From Blastocatellia bacterium (GTDB lineage: Bacteria > Acidobacteriota > Blastocatellia > UBA7656): a DNA stretch of 64,000 nucleotides. The stretch is from positions 791,650 to 855,649 of the forward strand of contig CAVXWP010000007.1 of NCBI GenBank assembly GCA_963765495.1. Reading direction: 5' to 3'. Each line of letters starts with the position of its first letter. The stretch's first letter is position 1. Positions 1-11,410 of the stretch are shown here, piece by piece. The position numbers were made by a program, and so were the translations under genes. The notes below the pieces were generated by a model. It did not search any database, was not told the DNA's origin, and was given only the letters and a program-made list of their open reading frames with translations.

Positions 1-2
1 TG

Positions 3-839
3 GCTCGCGACATCATAGATCACTTCGAATCAAAGCCGATGTCCGGTTTGGACGCGGCGAGCGTGGAAGCGCCTCTTTACAGGGTGGATGAATTGTTGGG
101 AATCGCATCGTCCGATGTTCGCGTGCCGTTTGAGGTGCGCGAAGTGATTGCCCGAATCGTTGACGGATCGAGATTCGACGAGTTCAAGGCAAATTACGGC
201 ACTACGCTTGTCACGGGGTTTGCCCGTATTCACGGCCATCGGGTCGGGATACTCGGAAACAACGGCGTGTTGATTTCAGAGTCGGCAAACAAGGGCGCGC
301 AGTTTATTCAGCTTTGCAATCAGCAAAACATTCCTTTGATCTTTCTGCAAAACATCACGGGCTTTATGGTAGGCCGCGCCTATGAAGAACAGGGCATAAT
401 ACGAAACGGGGCCAAGCTCATAAACGCCGTGTCGAATTCGACCGTGCCCGCGATCACCATAATGATAGGCAGTTCTTACGGGGCAGGGAATTATGCCATG
501 TGCGGGCGCGCATACGAGCCGAGATTTCTTTTCACCTGGCCCAATCACCGCATAGCCGTAATGGGGGCCGGGCAACTCTCGGGCGTTATGGAGATCATAA
601 AACGCGAAGCCGCCGCCCGACAGGGCCTGCCCGTCGATGAGGCTCAAATGCTTGCGATGAAGAAACATCTCGAATACCAGATCGAAGGCGAATCCGATCC
701 TTACTTTGCCACCGCGAGACTATGGGATGATGGGATAATTGATCCGCGCGATACGCGCACCATCCTTGCGATCTGTCTATCTGCGGTTCGAAACCGTTCG
801 GTCGAAGGCACTATGGAATGGGGCGTCTTCAGGCACTGA
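3..839 (+). CDS. Acyl-CoA carboxylase carboxyltransferase (beta) subunit, AtuC/AccD2/MCC-beta-like; 5'-truncated by window edge
   Basis: Frame is open from position 3; motifs [23 protein letters not shown] and [16 protein letters not shown]; lies next to a biotin carboxylase gene. Confidence 0.9.
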   Translation, partial: ARDIIDHFESKPMSGLDAASVEAPLYRVDELLGIASSDVRVPFEVREVIARIVDGSRFDEFKANYGTTLVTGFARIHGHRVGILGNNGVLISESANKGAQFIQLCNQQNIPLIFLQNITGFMVGRAYEEQGIIRNGAKLINAVSNSTVPAITIMIGSSYGAGNYAMCGRAYEPRFLFTWPNHRIAVMGAGQLSGVMEIIKREAAARQGLPVDEAQMLAMKKHLEYQIEGESDPYFATARLWDDGIIDPRDTRTILAICLSAVRNRSVEGTMEWGVFRH

Positions 840-841
840 CA

Positions 842-924
842 GTGATTCGTGATTCGTGGCCTTCGGCAAAGTTTTTTTACAGGTCTATTGCCTGTCGTAC
901 GAATCACGAATCACGAATTACGAA
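842..924. repeat. Heptamer-armed inverted-repeat element (GTGATTC / GAATCAC)
   Basis: GTGATTCGTGATTCGTG at 842-858, about 40-bp spacer, TACGAATCACGAATCACGAATTACGAA at 898-924. Confidence 0.85.
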
Positions 925-928
925 CCAG

Positions 929-2908
929 ATGAAACACTTCGATAAAATCCTGATCGCCAATCGCGGAGAAATCGCCCTGCGCGTCATGCGTACCTGCCGC
1001 GCTCTGGGCATCGCCTCCGTAGCCGTTTACTCGGATGCCGACGCCCGCTCGCCTCACGCGCGGTTTGCCGATGAGGCCGCCCGCATAGGGGTGTCTGCGA
1101 GCGCCGCGTCTTATTTGAATATCGAAAAGATCATCGAGGCCGCGAAAAAGACGGGCGCGGAAGCGATTCATCCGGGCTACGGGTTTCTTTCCGAGAATGC
1201 CGATTTCGCCGATGCCTGCGCGAGCGCCGGTATAGTATTCATAGGCCCTGCCTCTGATGCGATTCGCAAGATGGGTCTGAAAAGCGCGGCCAGAAGACTG
1301 GTGGCCGAAGCGGGCGTTCCAATCGTCCCCGGCTATGACGGCGAAGATCAGAGCCTTGAGACTTTGCGCGACGGGATTTTTCGCGCAGGGCTCCCGGTAT
1401 TGATAAAAGCCTCGGCGGGAGGCGGTGGCCGGGGCATGCGTGTGGTCCGCGATGCGGGTGAAATACAAGACGCCATACAATCGGCAAGGCGCGAAGCTGA
1501 AAAGGCATTCGGTGACGGCTCGCTCCTGGTCGAAAAATATATCGAGCAGGCGCGTCACATCGAGTTCCAGATTCTGGGCGACGAGTACGGCAATTTGATT
1601 CACCTCTTTGAGCGCGACTGCTCTATTCAAAGGCGTCACCAGAAGATTATCGAAGAGAGCCCCTCGCCTGTGATGACTGCTGAGTTAAGAGAAGAGATGG
1701 GAAGGATGGCTGTCGAAGTCGGGCGCGCAATAAATTATTCGAATGCCGGAACGGTTGAATTTATCCTCGCGCCTTCTGGAGAGTTTTACTTTATCGAGGT
1801 CAATACCCGTTTGCAGGTCGAGCATCCTGTGACCGAGATGATAACCGGGCTTGATCTTGTGCGGCTGCAAATCGAGATCAGTGAAGGCAGGCGTCTTGAG
1901 ATTGCGCAGGAAGATATCAAATCAAACGGTCACGCCATCGAAGCCAGGCTCTATGCCGAAGACCCCGACAACGGTTTTCTGCCCTCGACGGGGAAAATCC
2001 ATTCCTGGGAATCCCCTTCGTTTATCGAAGGATTGCGGCTGGATTCAGGCATCGAACAGGGAACCGAAATCGGCATCCATTATGACCCGATGCTTGCAAA
2101 ACTGATCGCGCACGCGCCGGATCGAATAACGGCGCTCAGAAAGCTCGGCTACGGATTGAAGAGATTATCAATCCAGGGCGTCGAGACTAACCGGAATTTC
2201 CTGATTCGCCTGCTCGAACATGAGGCCTTTCGCCGGGGAGAGTATCACACCGCCTTTATCGAGGATCATCAGACGGAATTGATCGGCAAGAAGGACGCGG
2301 GCCGTGATATGGTCGCGGCCATAGCGGTGGCGCTGTATCTGCAAGAGAGCAGACAAACAAAGAGCGCTTTACTTTCGCGCATCCCTGCCAACTATCGCAA
2401 CAATCCTTTCCGCGCCCCGTCGGTAAAGTTGCAGGCGGGCGGTGAAGCGTTTGATGTTCTCTACCGCGAGGTTGAGGGCAAGAGGTTTGAGGTCAACTGC
2501 CGGGATTCGCAATTTCAAGTCGAGGTGTTATTCTTTCAGCCGGGGAGCATTCGCCTCTCAATTGACGGCATTCAGCGATTGTTTCAAATCGCGCAGGCGG
2601 GCAATCGTTTCTTTGTTCACTCGTCTGTGGGCTCGCAGACGGTGACGCGTCTTGAAAGGTATCCGAAGCGCGAGGGCGTTTCCGATAAGGAAGTCGCAAG
2701 CGCCCCGATGCCCGGCAGAATATTGAAGATTTTGATAACCGAAGGCCAGCAGGTCGCCGAAGGAGATGCCTTGATCGTACTCGAAGCGATGAAGATGGAA
2801 CAGACCATCAAGGCCGCGAGAAACGGTAAGGTCGAAGCGATTCTTGTCGGGGAAGGCGACGTAGTTTCCCCGGGCGAGATGCTGCTTCAAATAACTTCGC
2901 ACGAATAG
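929..2908 (+). CDS. Acyl-CoA carboxylase alpha subunit (biotin carboxylase plus biotin carrier domain), AtuF/LiuD-like
   Basis: [55 protein letters not shown] and the biotinylation motif EAMKM; start moved from 818 to ATG 929 ([13 protein letters not shown]). Confidence 0.93.
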   Translation: MKHFDKILIANRGEIALRVMRTCRALGIASVAVYSDADARSPHARFADEAARIGVSASAASYLNIEKIIEAAKKTGAEAIHPGYGFLSENADFADACASAGIVFIGPASDAIRKMGLKSAARRLVAEAGVPIVPGYDGEDQSLETLRDGIFRAGLPVLIKASAGGGGRGMRVVRDAGEIQDAIQSARREAEKAFGDGSLLVEKYIEQARHIEFQILGDEYGNLIHLFERDCSIQRRHQKIIEESPSPVMTAELREEMGRMAVEVGRAINYSNAGTVEFILAPSGEFYFIEVNTRLQVEHPVTEMITGLDLVRLQIEISEGRRLEIAQEDIKSNGHAIEARLYAEDPDNGFLPSTGKIHSWESPSFIEGLRLDSGIEQGTEIGIHYDPMLAKLIAHAPDRITALRKLGYGLKRLSIQGVETNRNFLIRLLEHEAFRRGEYHTAFIEDHQTELIGKKDAGRDMVAAIAVALYLQESRQTKSALLSRIPANYRNNPFRAPSVKLQAGGEAFDVLYREVEGKRFEVNCRDSQFQVEVLFFQPGSIRLSIDGIQRLFQIAQAGNRFFVHSSVGSQTVTRLERYPKREGVSDKEVASAPMPGRILKILITEGQQVAEGDALIVLEAMKMEQTIKAARNGKVEAILVGEGDVVSPGEMLLQITSHE

Positions 2909-2936
2909 ATTTCAGGCAATCATTGGAGGAAAAGTA

Positions 2937-4109
2937 ATGTCACAGGCAAAGTTACAACCTACCGAACCCGAGTACCCGTATTTCACCGAAGAGCACGCAA
3001 TGTTTCGCGAGACGGTGAAAAAATTCTGTCAGGCAGAGATCGCGCCGCACACGGAAGAATGGGACGAGGCCGGGATATTTCCTAAAGAATTATTCAAGAA
3101 AGCAGGCGATCTCGGGTTTTTCGGAATCAGGCTGGACCCGCGATGGGGAGGGCTCGGGTTGGACTGGTGGGCGACCGCCGCTTATCTGGAAGGTCTCTCT
3201 TATGCAAACAACGGTGGTGTGACTATGGCGCTGATGGTCCAATCAGACATCACGCTTCCGGTGCTTGCCGAGCTTGGCACCGACGAACAAAACGAAGAGT
3301 TTCTCAAACCCGCGATAGCAGGCGACCGCGTTGCCGCGCTCGGCATCAGCGAGCCGGGCGGCGGCTCGGATGTAGGCGCGCTCAAGACCCGCGCCCGCGA
3401 GGAAGGCGACGAACTTGTCATCTCAGGTCAGAAGCTCTGGATAACAAACGGGACGAGAGCCGACTTTATGATTCTCGCCGTTCGCACGGGCGAAGAGAGA
3501 TACAAAGGCATTTCGATGGTGCTCTTCCCGACCGATGTGAAGGGATTTTCAGTAGGCAAGAAGCTGAAGAAAGTAGGCAACCTCTCTTCCGACACGGCGG
3601 AGCTTTTCTTCGACAACGCAAGAATTCCAAGGCGTTACGTTTTAGGAGAGATAGGCAAAGGCTTTTACTACACGATGCACAATTTCCAGGGCGAGCGGCT
3701 GGCGTCGGCGCTGGGTGCGGTCGCGGCGATGGAACGCGCTATGGAGTATGCAATCGCTTACGGCAAAGAGCGCAAGGCGTTCGGCCAGCCGATAGGCGAA
3801 TTTCAGGTGTGGCGACACCGCTTCGCCGAGCATCTGACCAGCATCGAAGCGGCGAAATGGCTGACCTATCGCGCGGTGGACCTTTTAAATCACGGTCAGC
3901 GCGCCGTACGCGAAATCACTATGGCCAAGCTCTACACGAGCGAATTATCTCAGCGAGTGATGTACGATTGCATGCAGATTTTCGGCGGATTCGGCTACAC
4001 CACGGAATACCCCATCAGCCGGTTCTGGCGCGATGTGCGGTTGCACACAATCGGCGCGGGCGCGTCTGAAATAATGAAAGAGATACTTGTGAAAGAAGAG
4101 AAGCTGTAA
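2937..4109 (+). CDS. Acyl-CoA dehydrogenase (AtuD/citronellyl-CoA dehydrogenase-like)
   Basis: [36 protein letters not shown]; GGAGG RBS upstream. Confidence 0.92.
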   Translation: MSQAKLQPTEPEYPYFTEEHAMFRETVKKFCQAEIAPHTEEWDEAGIFPKELFKKAGDLGFFGIRLDPRWGGLGLDWWATAAYLEGLSYANNGGVTMALMVQSDITLPVLAELGTDEQNEEFLKPAIAGDRVAALGISEPGGGSDVGALKTRAREEGDELVISGQKLWITNGTRADFMILAVRTGEERYKGISMVLFPTDVKGFSVGKKLKKVGNLSSDTAELFFDNARIPRRYVLGEIGKGFYYTMHNFQGERLASALGAVAAMERAMEYAIAYGKERKAFGQPIGEFQVWRHRFAEHLTSIEAAKWLTYRAVDLLNHGQRAVREITMAKLYTSELSQRVMYDCMQIFGGFGYTTEYPISRFWRDVRLHTIGAGASEIMKEILVKEEKL

Positions 4110-4218
4110 GGCGTGAGGCAAGTGATGCAAGATAAAAGAGGGGGGCATTTCAGGCAGAATATGGACATGTTGATCGGTATTTTCGCTGACTTCACGCCTC
4201 ACGCCTCACGCCTCACGC
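4106..4218. repeat. Heptamer-armed inverted-repeat element (GTGAGGC / GCCTCAC)
   Basis: GTAAGGCGTGAGGC (contains the ACAD stop) ... TCACGCCTCACGCCTCACGCCTCACGC, between convergent genes. Confidence 0.8.
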
Positions 4219-4224
4219 GTCTAC

Positions 4225-6699
4225 CTATTCATAGCGGAGCGCGACCATCGGGTCCACCTTTGTGGCTCGGCGAGCCGGAATGTAACTGGCCACAAGAGCA
4301 ACCGTCCCAAGCAATAATGATACGCCGATAAAGGTCGCCCGGTCGGTCGTGGTCACATCGTAGAGCTGGCTTGCGAGGATGCGGCTCATCACCGAAGCCA
4401 GCGCCAGTCCCATCGTCAGACCTCCGGCGGTTAAGAGAATCCCCTCGCCCATGACCATCTTTATCACATCTCGTTTCTGTGCGCCGAGCGCCATGCGAAT
4501 CCCTATTTCACGGGTGCGGCCCGCGACCCCCTGAGTCATTACGCCGTAAATGCCTATTGCCGAGAGCAGCAACGCAAGCCCCGCAAAGACGGCCAGCAGA
4601 AACGCGCTGAACCTCGTCTTTGATGTCGCGTCACCTATTCGGTCTTCCATAGTTCGGATGTCGTAGGTGGGCACGTTCTTGTCGAGCGCAAAAACTGCCT
4701 GACGCACCGATGCGATCATCCCTGCGGGATCGCCTTCGGTTCGGGCTATGACGAAGTTGGGCGATTCGGTGGGTTGCAGATAAGGCAGATAAATTTCGGG
4801 CTCTGCCGATTCATCAGCCTTGCCGTATTTTACATCGCCCGCGATCCCGACTATCTCTGCAAACTCGTTTTGTTCCCACCCGACGCTCAGCCATATCTGT
4901 TTCCCTACGGGGTCAATGCCAGCCCAGTATCTGTGCGCCGCCGTCTCGTTGATAATGGCTACCCGAGGGCTTCCTTCCCGGTCCTGACCGTTAAAGCTTC
5001 TGCCTTTGAGCAGAGGGATTTTGAGCGTCTTGAAGTAATCAGCGCCTACGGCGTGGACACCTGTCGTCAGCCTGCTGCCGTCATCGGCCTGATCCTTTAG
5101 CTTTAGAATTGCCTTTGCGGAGTTGCTCGACAGCGGCGTGGAAGAGGCCAGGGTGGCCGATTGTATGCCGGGTATCGTTTGCACGCGTGTGAGCAGTTGT
5201 TCGTAAAGCGTGTCGGGAGTCTTCTTTGGAAGCTGAATTTTCAAGGTCAGCAGGTTGGCAGGCTCAAATCCGATGGGGAGGGCGTGCAGACGGGCAAAGC
5301 TTTTTATCATCAACCCCGCGCCGATCAAAAGCACAACGGCAAGCGCGAGTTCTGTGACGATAAGAAGATTCTTAAGGTTGAGGCGGCGAAACCTGCCGGG
5401 TGTTTTCGATAAGCCGGGCACTCCCTCTTTCAAGGAATCGCTGACGCCTGTCTTTGAGGCTTGCAGAGCGGGCGCGATGCCAAATATGAGGCCCGTCACA
5501 ACCGACAGCAGGAGGTTGAATACAAGAACCTGAGAATCGATTTTGGCGGCGCTGAAATCAACTGCCTGTAACGGAATGCCGCTGATGGTCAAGTTACTTG
5601 CGGGCTTGAAGGCGCTCAGAATTTCAACGCCCCAAAGAGCTATGAGTAAACCCGCGAGGCCGCCTGCAAGGGCGAGCACCATGCTTTCGGTCAACAACTG
5701 GCGGATCAGGCGCGCGCGACTTGCGCCGAGAGCGAGGCGAATGGCGATCTCCTTTCTGCGAGATACGCCCCTCGACATCAACAGGCTCGCGATATTCAGG
5801 CACGCTATCAGCAGCACAAATCCGACCGCGCCAAAGAGTATCAGGATAGATTTTCTGATCGCGGGATCAATCTTCGCCTCACTGAAGGCGACTACGCGGA
5901 GGTGCTCAGGTTCAGGGGCCGGTCCCCACGCGGCAGGCCACGGCACGGCTTCATCAATCTTCTGTTCGACCGTGCCCATCGCGGCCTGAGCCTGAGCCTG
6001 TGTGACGCCCGGCTTGAGACGCGCTATGACTTCGTGCCACGACGCGAAGGGAGACGAAAGCCGCTTTGCAAACGTCAGCGCCGGAGCCATCATCATTGGA
6101 ACCCAGACTTCGGCTTCATTGGATTGGCCCTTGAATCCTTTTGGCATAACACCGACGATTGTGAACGGCACTTTGTTAAGACTGATATTCTGGCCCAGCA
6201 CGCCGGGATTGCCGCCAAATCTTCGCTGCCAGAGCCCGTATCCGATAAGGGCGACCGCGCTCGCGCCCGGCGTTTGATCTTCCTCGGGTGTGAAAACGCG
6301 TCCGGCGGAGGGGCTTATACCGAGCACAGGGAAATAGTCGGCAGAGACGATCTCTGTCTGTAATCGCTCCGGGTCTTCGGTATCTGTGAGCGGGAAATTC
6401 TGATCGCTGAAGGCAGCCACCTGCTCGAATATCTCGTTTTGATCACGCAGGGCTTCGTACTTTGGATAAGACCAGGGAAGGGACTGGCCGGGCACCTCTG
6501 CGCTGGTTCTTTCAATCATCATCAACCGCGCGGGCTCCTTATAAGGCAGCGGCTTGAGAAGCGCGGCGTTTACTACGCTGAATATGGATGAATTGGCTCC
6601 TATTCCGAGCGCGAGCGAAATAACGGCCACCACGGTAAAACCGGGACTGGCCCCAAGCATCCGCAATCCATAACGAAGGTCTTGCCAGAGTGTTTGCAT
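4225..6699 (-). CDS. ADOP-family (acidobacterial duplicated orphan) MacB/FtsX-type ABC permease
   Basis: MQTLWQDLRYGLRML, LALGIGAN, twice EI(A/G)IR(L/M)ALGA, C-terminal DPMVALRYE; start moved to 6699 because the longer ORF translates a repeat arm. Confidence 0.92.
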   Translation of the reverse strand: MQTLWQDLRYGLRMLGASPGFTVVAVISLALGIGANSSIFSVVNAALLKPLPYKEPARLMMIERTSAEVPGQSLPWSYPKYEALRDQNEIFEQVAAFSDQNFPLTDTEDPERLQTEIVSADYFPVLGISPSAGRVFTPEEDQTPGASAVALIGYGLWQRRFGGNPGVLGQNISLNKVPFTIVGVMPKGFKGQSNEAEVWVPMMMAPALTFAKRLSSPFASWHEVIARLKPGVTQAQAQAAMGTVEQKIDEAVPWPAAWGPAPEPEHLRVVAFSEAKIDPAIRKSILILFGAVGFVLLIACLNIASLLMSRGVSRRKEIAIRLALGASRARLIRQLLTESMVLALAGGLAGLLIALWGVEILSAFKPASNLTISGIPLQAVDFSAAKIDSQVLVFNLLLSVVTGLIFGIAPALQASKTGVSDSLKEGVPGLSKTPGRFRRLNLKNLLIVTELALAVVLLIGAGLMIKSFARLHALPIGFEPANLLTLKIQLPKKTPDTLYEQLLTRVQTIPGIQSATLASSTPLSSNSAKAILKLKDQADDGSRLTTGVHAVGADYFKTLKIPLLKGRSFNGQDREGSPRVAIINETAAHRYWAGIDPVGKQIWLSVGWEQNEFAEIVGIAGDVKYGKADESAEPEIYLPYLQPTESPNFVIARTEGDPAGMIASVRQAVFALDKNVPTYDIRTMEDRIGDATSKTRFSAFLLAVFAGLALLLSAIGIYGVMTQGVAGRTREIGIRMALGAQKRDVIKMVMGEGILLTAGGLTMGLALASVMSRILASQLYDVTTTDRATFIGVSLLLGTVALVASYIPARRATKVDPMVALRYE

Positions 6700-6712
6700 G
6701 GTACCCCCTTTA

Positions 6713-6929
6713 TTTAGTTTTGAGTTTTGAGTTTTGAGTTTTGAATTTTGAGTAGGCATGTAGAAGTAATCCGGCAAATTGTGCTGAAGCGAGCAAGCCA
6801 GAGGCAAGAAGCCGAATGCGTATATGAATAGGTGGTTCCCGACTCCGGCACTTTTACCGAAAACTCAAAACTCAAAACTCAAAACTCAAAACTCAAAACT
6901 CAAAATTCAAAACTCAAAACTCAAAACTC
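6713..6929. repeat. Heptamer-armed inverted-repeat element (TTTTGAG x5-6 / AAAACTC x10)
   Basis: Left arm 6713-6753, right arm 6860-6929; the core contains ATATGAATAGGTGGTTCCCGACTCCG (6822-6847). Confidence 0.92.
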
Positions 6930-6944
6930 CCCGCTCATTACTTC

Positions 6945-9386
6945 CTACTCATAGCGTAGCGCGACCATAGGGTCTACGCGGGTGGCGCGGCGAGCGGGGA
7001 TGTAACTTGCTAGCAGCGCCGCTATTGCGAGCAGAACGGATACGCTCGCAAAGGTAAGGAAGTCTGTAGCGCTGACTTCGTAAAGCAAATCGGAAAGCAG
7101 ACGTGTAAGGGCAAATGAGGCGGCAAGACCTGCTGCGATCCCCGCGAGCGCAAGCATCAACCCCTGGCCGACTACAAGTTTCAGCACATCCGTGGTCTTT
7201 GCGCCGAGCGCCATTCGTATGCCTATTTCGTGGGTCCGCTGAGTGACCGAGTAAGACATCACACCGTAAATCCCCACAAGCGCAAGCCCCAGCGCGAGGG
7301 TTGCAAACAGCCCCAGCAGCAACGTGTTGAATCGCCTCTGCGAGATGGAATCCGACAGGTATTGATTCATAGTCATTGCTTCATCAATAGGCTGGTCTTT
7401 ATCAATGGATTGTATCTCGCTTCGCACCGCAGAAAGCATGCTCTCGGAATCCGTGTGAGTGCGTATGGCGAGCGTCAGCGAAGGTTTTGGGCGCTGGAGA
7501 TAAGGGAGATATATTTCAGGCTCGGCCTTTTCATCCAGGCTCGCATGCCTGATGTCTGAAACTACGCCGACGATTGAATACCATTGATTGGTCTTCGCGT
7601 CCCACGACACGCGTTTGCCGATAGGGTCTTCATCACGGAAAAACAGCCGCGCAAGGGATTGATTGATTATGGCTACGCCAGCCGCTTTTTCATTATCCAT
7701 ATCGGTGAAATCGCGCCCCTTGATAAAACTGATCCCCATTGTGGAGAAGTAATCGGGGCTGATGGCTCGGTTGCCCGCCATCATCTTTTCGTCCGGGGGT
7801 GGCGCGGGACGCCCTTCTATATCGAACCCCGACGTAGACATCCCGCCGCTCAAGGGCAGTTCACTCGTCGCGCCGACAGCTTCTACGCCGGGCAATGCCC
7901 TGACCTTGTTTATCGCTTCCTGAAAGAAGCCCGCGATCTGATGCTTTTCCGGGTATCTGGATTCGGAGAGAGAGAGATTGAGGGTAAGAATATTGTCGGT
8001 CCTGAATCCGGGATCGACCTGTTGCAGACGGATGAAACTCCTGAGCATCAGCCCCGCGCCTACGAGCAGGAGAAGCGACAGCGCGATTTCCGTAGTCACG
8101 AGTATGCTGCGTATGCGATTGTTGCGAAGGCTTGAGGTCGCGCCCCTCGCTCCGTCCTTTAGCACTTCGGTCAGATTTGGCTTTGAAGCCTGTAGCGCAG
8201 GAACAAGGCCGAAAATCAATCCGGTGGCAACCGACACGGCGAAAGTGAAGAGCAGCACCCATCTATCAAGCCCTATTTCGTTTAACCGGGGAATATCCTG
8301 CGGGCCGATTGCGGCCAGCCCGTCAACCGCCCACATGGCCAGAAGCAATCCGAGGCCGCCGCCTGTCAGGGAAAGCAGCAGGCTTTCGGTCAGCAACTGG
8401 CGAATCAATCGGAGCCTCCCCGCGCCCAGCGCCGTGCGTATCGCGATCTCTTTATGACGGGTTGCCGCGCGGGCAAGTAACAGATTGGCTACATTCGTAC
8501 AGGCAATCAGCAGCACAAATCCGACCGCGCTCAAAAGCACCATCAGGGCTGGCCGTATGTAGGCTACTGCCTGCTCGTGAAGCGGTAACAGGCGGCTTTC
8601 GATAGCGGTGTTTTCATCCGGGTATTGCTGTTCCAGACGGCTCTCGATAGCGGCCATCTCGGCTCGCGCCTCTTCCAGCGTGACCCCGGCTTTGAGACGG
8701 CCTATGGCGAAAGAAGAGTGAGAGCCGCGAGGTGTCTCGCTCAGGGCCGGCGCTATCGGAACCCAGAAATCGGATGCCTGGTTGACGGTCTTTCCGGCAT
8801 AAGTAAAGACGGCTGGGAACCGAAACGATTGTGGCATGATGCCGATTATCGTGTAGCTTTCGTCATCGAGCGTAATGGGTTGGCCCAACACGTTCGGGTC
8901 GGAACCGAAGTGCCTCTGCCACATGCGGTAACTCAAGACCACCACGCGCTCTGCGCCGGGTTTGTCTTCTGCCACGCCGAAAACCCTGCCTGAAAGCGGC
9001 TGAGTCTCAAGCATGGGAAAGAGGCTTGCGGAGACGCGAGTGCCGCTTACACGTTCAGGCTCTCCGATACCCGTGAGCGTGAAATCATCGGTCCGAAATG
9101 CCGCCAGTTCTTCAAAGACATGATTTTGGTCAACCCAGTCGGCGAAGTTGGCATAAGAGATGGGCATCTCGGGGTAGCCTCTTTGCGGGCTCTGTTCCAT
9201 CACGGCTATCAGTCGGTCGGGGTTGTTGTAGGGCAAAGGGCGCAGCAGCACCGTGTTGATAACGCTGAAGATAGCGCTGTTGGCTCCTATGCCTATAGCA
9301 AGCGCAAGCACCGCGATGACGGTGAAGCCGGGTTTTTTTAGCAGCATCCGAAAACTGTATCGAAGGTCTTTAAGTAGCGTATCCAT
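6945..9386 (-). CDS. ADOP-family duplicated ABC permease (second tandem paralog)
   Basis: [23 protein letters not shown], duplicated MacB_PCD/FtsX architecture, C-terminal DPMVALRYE. Confidence 0.92.
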   Translation of the reverse strand: MDTLLKDLRYSFRMLLKKPGFTVIAVLALAIGIGANSAIFSVINTVLLRPLPYNNPDRLIAVMEQSPQRGYPEMPISYANFADWVDQNHVFEELAAFRTDDFTLTGIGEPERVSGTRVSASLFPMLETQPLSGRVFGVAEDKPGAERVVVLSYRMWQRHFGSDPNVLGQPITLDDESYTIIGIMPQSFRFPAVFTYAGKTVNQASDFWVPIAPALSETPRGSHSSFAIGRLKAGVTLEEARAEMAAIESRLEQQYPDENTAIESRLLPLHEQAVAYIRPALMVLLSAVGFVLLIACTNVANLLLARAATRHKEIAIRTALGAGRLRLIRQLLTESLLLSLTGGGLGLLLAMWAVDGLAAIGPQDIPRLNEIGLDRWVLLFTFAVSVATGLIFGLVPALQASKPNLTEVLKDGARGATSSLRNNRIRSILVTTEIALSLLLLVGAGLMLRSFIRLQQVDPGFRTDNILTLNLSLSESRYPEKHQIAGFFQEAINKVRALPGVEAVGATSELPLSGGMSTSGFDIEGRPAPPPDEKMMAGNRAISPDYFSTMGISFIKGRDFTDMDNEKAAGVAIINQSLARLFFRDEDPIGKRVSWDAKTNQWYSIVGVVSDIRHASLDEKAEPEIYLPYLQRPKPSLTLAIRTHTDSESMLSAVRSEIQSIDKDQPIDEAMTMNQYLSDSISQRRFNTLLLGLFATLALGLALVGIYGVMSYSVTQRTHEIGIRMALGAKTTDVLKLVVGQGLMLALAGIAAGLAASFALTRLLSDLLYEVSATDFLTFASVSVLLAIAALLASYIPARRATRVDPMVALRYE

Positions 9387-9453
9387 AATCTTGTTACACT
9401 CTCTTTTAGCTTTCCCCATCCCCGGGCAGGGCTATTGCTTCTAGATTTGCCAG

Positions 9454-9468
9454 CCAATTACCGTGCCA
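9454..9468 (-). promoter_or_regulatory. Possible sigma54 promoter for the ADOP pair (variant -12)
   Basis: Minus strand TGGCAC-GGTAA-TTGG: perfect -24 box, GG instead of GC at -12, about 70 bp upstream of the start. Confidence 0.45.
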
Positions 9469-9791
9469 TAGACGCGCTTGCGCCGGGAGGTGCTGAAATT
9501 TTCTCGATTGAGCAGAGATTTAACGAGACAGGTGTGATTAACTCTAAAGATTACAACGCATTCCAGCCGCCCAGGGAAGCGGGTGGAATTACCTGAAACT
9601 CCGAACGGGCAGGCGATTGAAGCCCCCTTATCGTTGCCCATCGGTTTTGTTGTTCGCTATTGGGAATGCCGCTTTTCAAAATCGGAGAGCGGCATGTAAA
9701 AGAGAAGCCTTGCGGTTTTTAGAATTTTCTAATCTAAATCGCAATGCACAAAATCGGTATAAATGAAATTCCAAAGTAGCGTAAGCGAAAA

Positions 9792-9860
9792 TAGGCCACG
9801 GATGACGCGGATGCGACGGATCTACGCGGATCTGAGAATATATGACCTAATCCACTGTGG
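9792..9860. repeat. REP-like degenerate repeat (TAGGCCACGGAT...CGGAT family)
   Basis: TAGGCCACGGATGACGCGGATGCGACGGATCTACGCGGATCT; related to the reverse complement of 48475-48509. Confidence 0.6.
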
Positions 9861-9873
9861 AGTGATTTAGCAA

Positions 9874-10899
9874 TTATTGTTTGTCGCCGCCTTTCAGATA
9901 TTTGTCGTACCACTCGATTGCCATATCGGTTGATTCTTTACGTTTAATGCCGTAGATGTCGTAGTGTTTGATGCCGGGAAAGACATAGTATTTAGCCGGG
10001 ACGCGATCTTTGACCCGTTCATAGACAAGTTTGCCGTTGAGATTTATATCGAGCAATTCTTCTTTCTCGGCATCCATGATCAGGATGGGGGCCGTCAGTT
10101 TGGAAGCAAACTCGACCGGACGATAGCTCAACATGCGTGAGACATAGGGCGTTCCGCGAAGGTTGGGAAACTTATCCACGCCCTGCGGCACGGGATTCAA
10201 ATCGCCTTCTCCGCGAGCGCGTTCTATCGCTTCACGATGCGCTCTTTCCGCGCCTCCGGGATAGAGCGGAGATTGGCCTATGAGGCTTGAATCCATCGAG
10301 GCTACCTGACTGACGACGCACTTGACCCGGCTGTCTTGTGCGGCAACATAGAGGACGTGCCCTCCGCCGTAGCTTGACCCCCAGAGGCCGATTCGTTGAG
10401 GGTCTACGCCGGGCTCGCCTTCGATAAAGCTGATGGCATTCACAATATCTTCGGCCTGATCGAACGGGTCCACAAGCTCGCGAATTGCCTGAGCGCGAAC
10501 CGTAACTTCTCCCTTTTCATCCGGTTTTGGCATCGGCCCTCTGATAACGAGGCGGCTGTCGCTGTCGCCCCATCCGCGATAATCGAAGGTCAGGACCACA
10601 TAGCCGTGCGAAGCGAATTGCCGCGCATAGGCCGCGTTCAGGTGCGACCGCACGCCGCCCCATCCGTGACATAATATGATGGCCGGCAATTTCGAACCGG
10701 GCTTCATATCCTTTGGATAAAACAGGTCGCCTGAAAGCCGGGTCCCATCGCTCCAGATATTGACCGGCTTTGTGGCGACGGTTGATAGTAAGGAATCATC
10801 TGTCGCCTGTTGCCCTTGAGCCCTCGGCGCGCCTGTTGTTAAAAGCATCGTCAGGCCGACAATAGCAGTCATCATCACGCGGCTTATATCTTTCTTCAT
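9874..10899 (-). CDS. Exported alpha/beta hydrolase (YcjY/peptidase S9-S15-like)
   Basis: Signal peptide, HGWGG, FDYRGWGDS, nucleophile GSSYG, C-terminal HYDIY; GGAG RBS. Confidence 0.85.
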   Translation of the reverse strand: MKKDISRVMMTAIVGLTMLLTTGAPRAQGQQATDDSLLSTVATKPVNIWSDGTRLSGDLFYPKDMKPGSKLPAIILCHGWGGVRSHLNAAYARQFASHGYVVLTFDYRGWGDSDSRLVIRGPMPKPDEKGEVTVRAQAIRELVDPFDQAEDIVNAISFIEGEPGVDPQRIGLWGSSYGGGHVLYVAAQDSRVKCVVSQVASMDSSLIGQSPLYPGGAERAHREAIERARGEGDLNPVPQGVDKFPNLRGTPYVSRMLSYRPVEFASKLTAPILIMDAEKEELLDINLNGKLVYERVKDRVPAKYYVFPGIKHYDIYGIKRKESTDMAIEWYDKYLKGGDKQ

Positions 10900-10996
10900 G
10901 GCTTTGCTCCTATGGTCCCTGTAAAAAACGCGGACCTGAAAGTCAGGATTATATTGCGCACGGCGAGCAGGGAACCGGCTTCACTCAATCCTCGCT

Positions 10997-11410
10997 TTAC
11001 TCAATCTTCACCTTGAGCTTATATCCGGCGTTGCCTCGCGTTCCCCCGACTACGATCAGGTAGTCGCCCGTCGCGGGCAACTTGCCGCTCCAGCGGGTAG
11101 CGTCTTCTTCCTCGCCCGCCCCTTCGAGCGTCTCTTTGTTGCCTGGTTTGTATATCTGAAACACCGCGTTGTCTTCAAGCGAAGTTATACTGACGGTCAT
11201 TTTCTGCCCGGCCCGCGCGCCAAGCACGTACTCATCGCGGTCTCCGCGCACTACCGCGCCTTCCACGGTTGCCGAATTGCTGCCGCGCGCGAATCGGAGC
11301 TTTTTGTGCAGTCCCTCTGCTGCGCCGCTGATAGTAGCCAGCAAAAGAACTATCATGAGGGCTTCAAATCCTGAAATGATCTTTATATTCCTTATCATAA
11401 CTGATCTCAT
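10997..11410 (-). CDS. Small exported PPC/PliG-like (g-type lysozyme inhibitor-like) protein
   Basis: Signal-like N-terminus, then RFARGSNSATVEG...YVLGARAGQKMTVSI...WSGKLPATGDYLIVV; ATGA overlap with the upstream gene. Confidence 0.65.
   Translation of the reverse strand: MRSVMIRNIKIISGFEALMIVLLLATISGAAEGLHKKLRFARGSNSATVEGAVVRGDRDEYVLGARAGQKMTVSITSLEDNAVFQIYKPGNKETLEGAGEEEDATRWSGKLPATGDYLIVVGGTRGNAGYKLKVKIE

Noticed and set aside
3143-4069. 308-aa Arg-rich ORF (likewise 52851-53957, 32861-33640 and 41558-42130)
   Set aside because: Off-frame or antisense overlaps of well-supported genes, as expected in GC-rich DNA.
6713-6929. Tandem repeats as a CRISPR array
   Set aside because: Units are contiguous 7-mers without unique spacers, there are no 23-47 bp direct repeats, and no cas genes are present.
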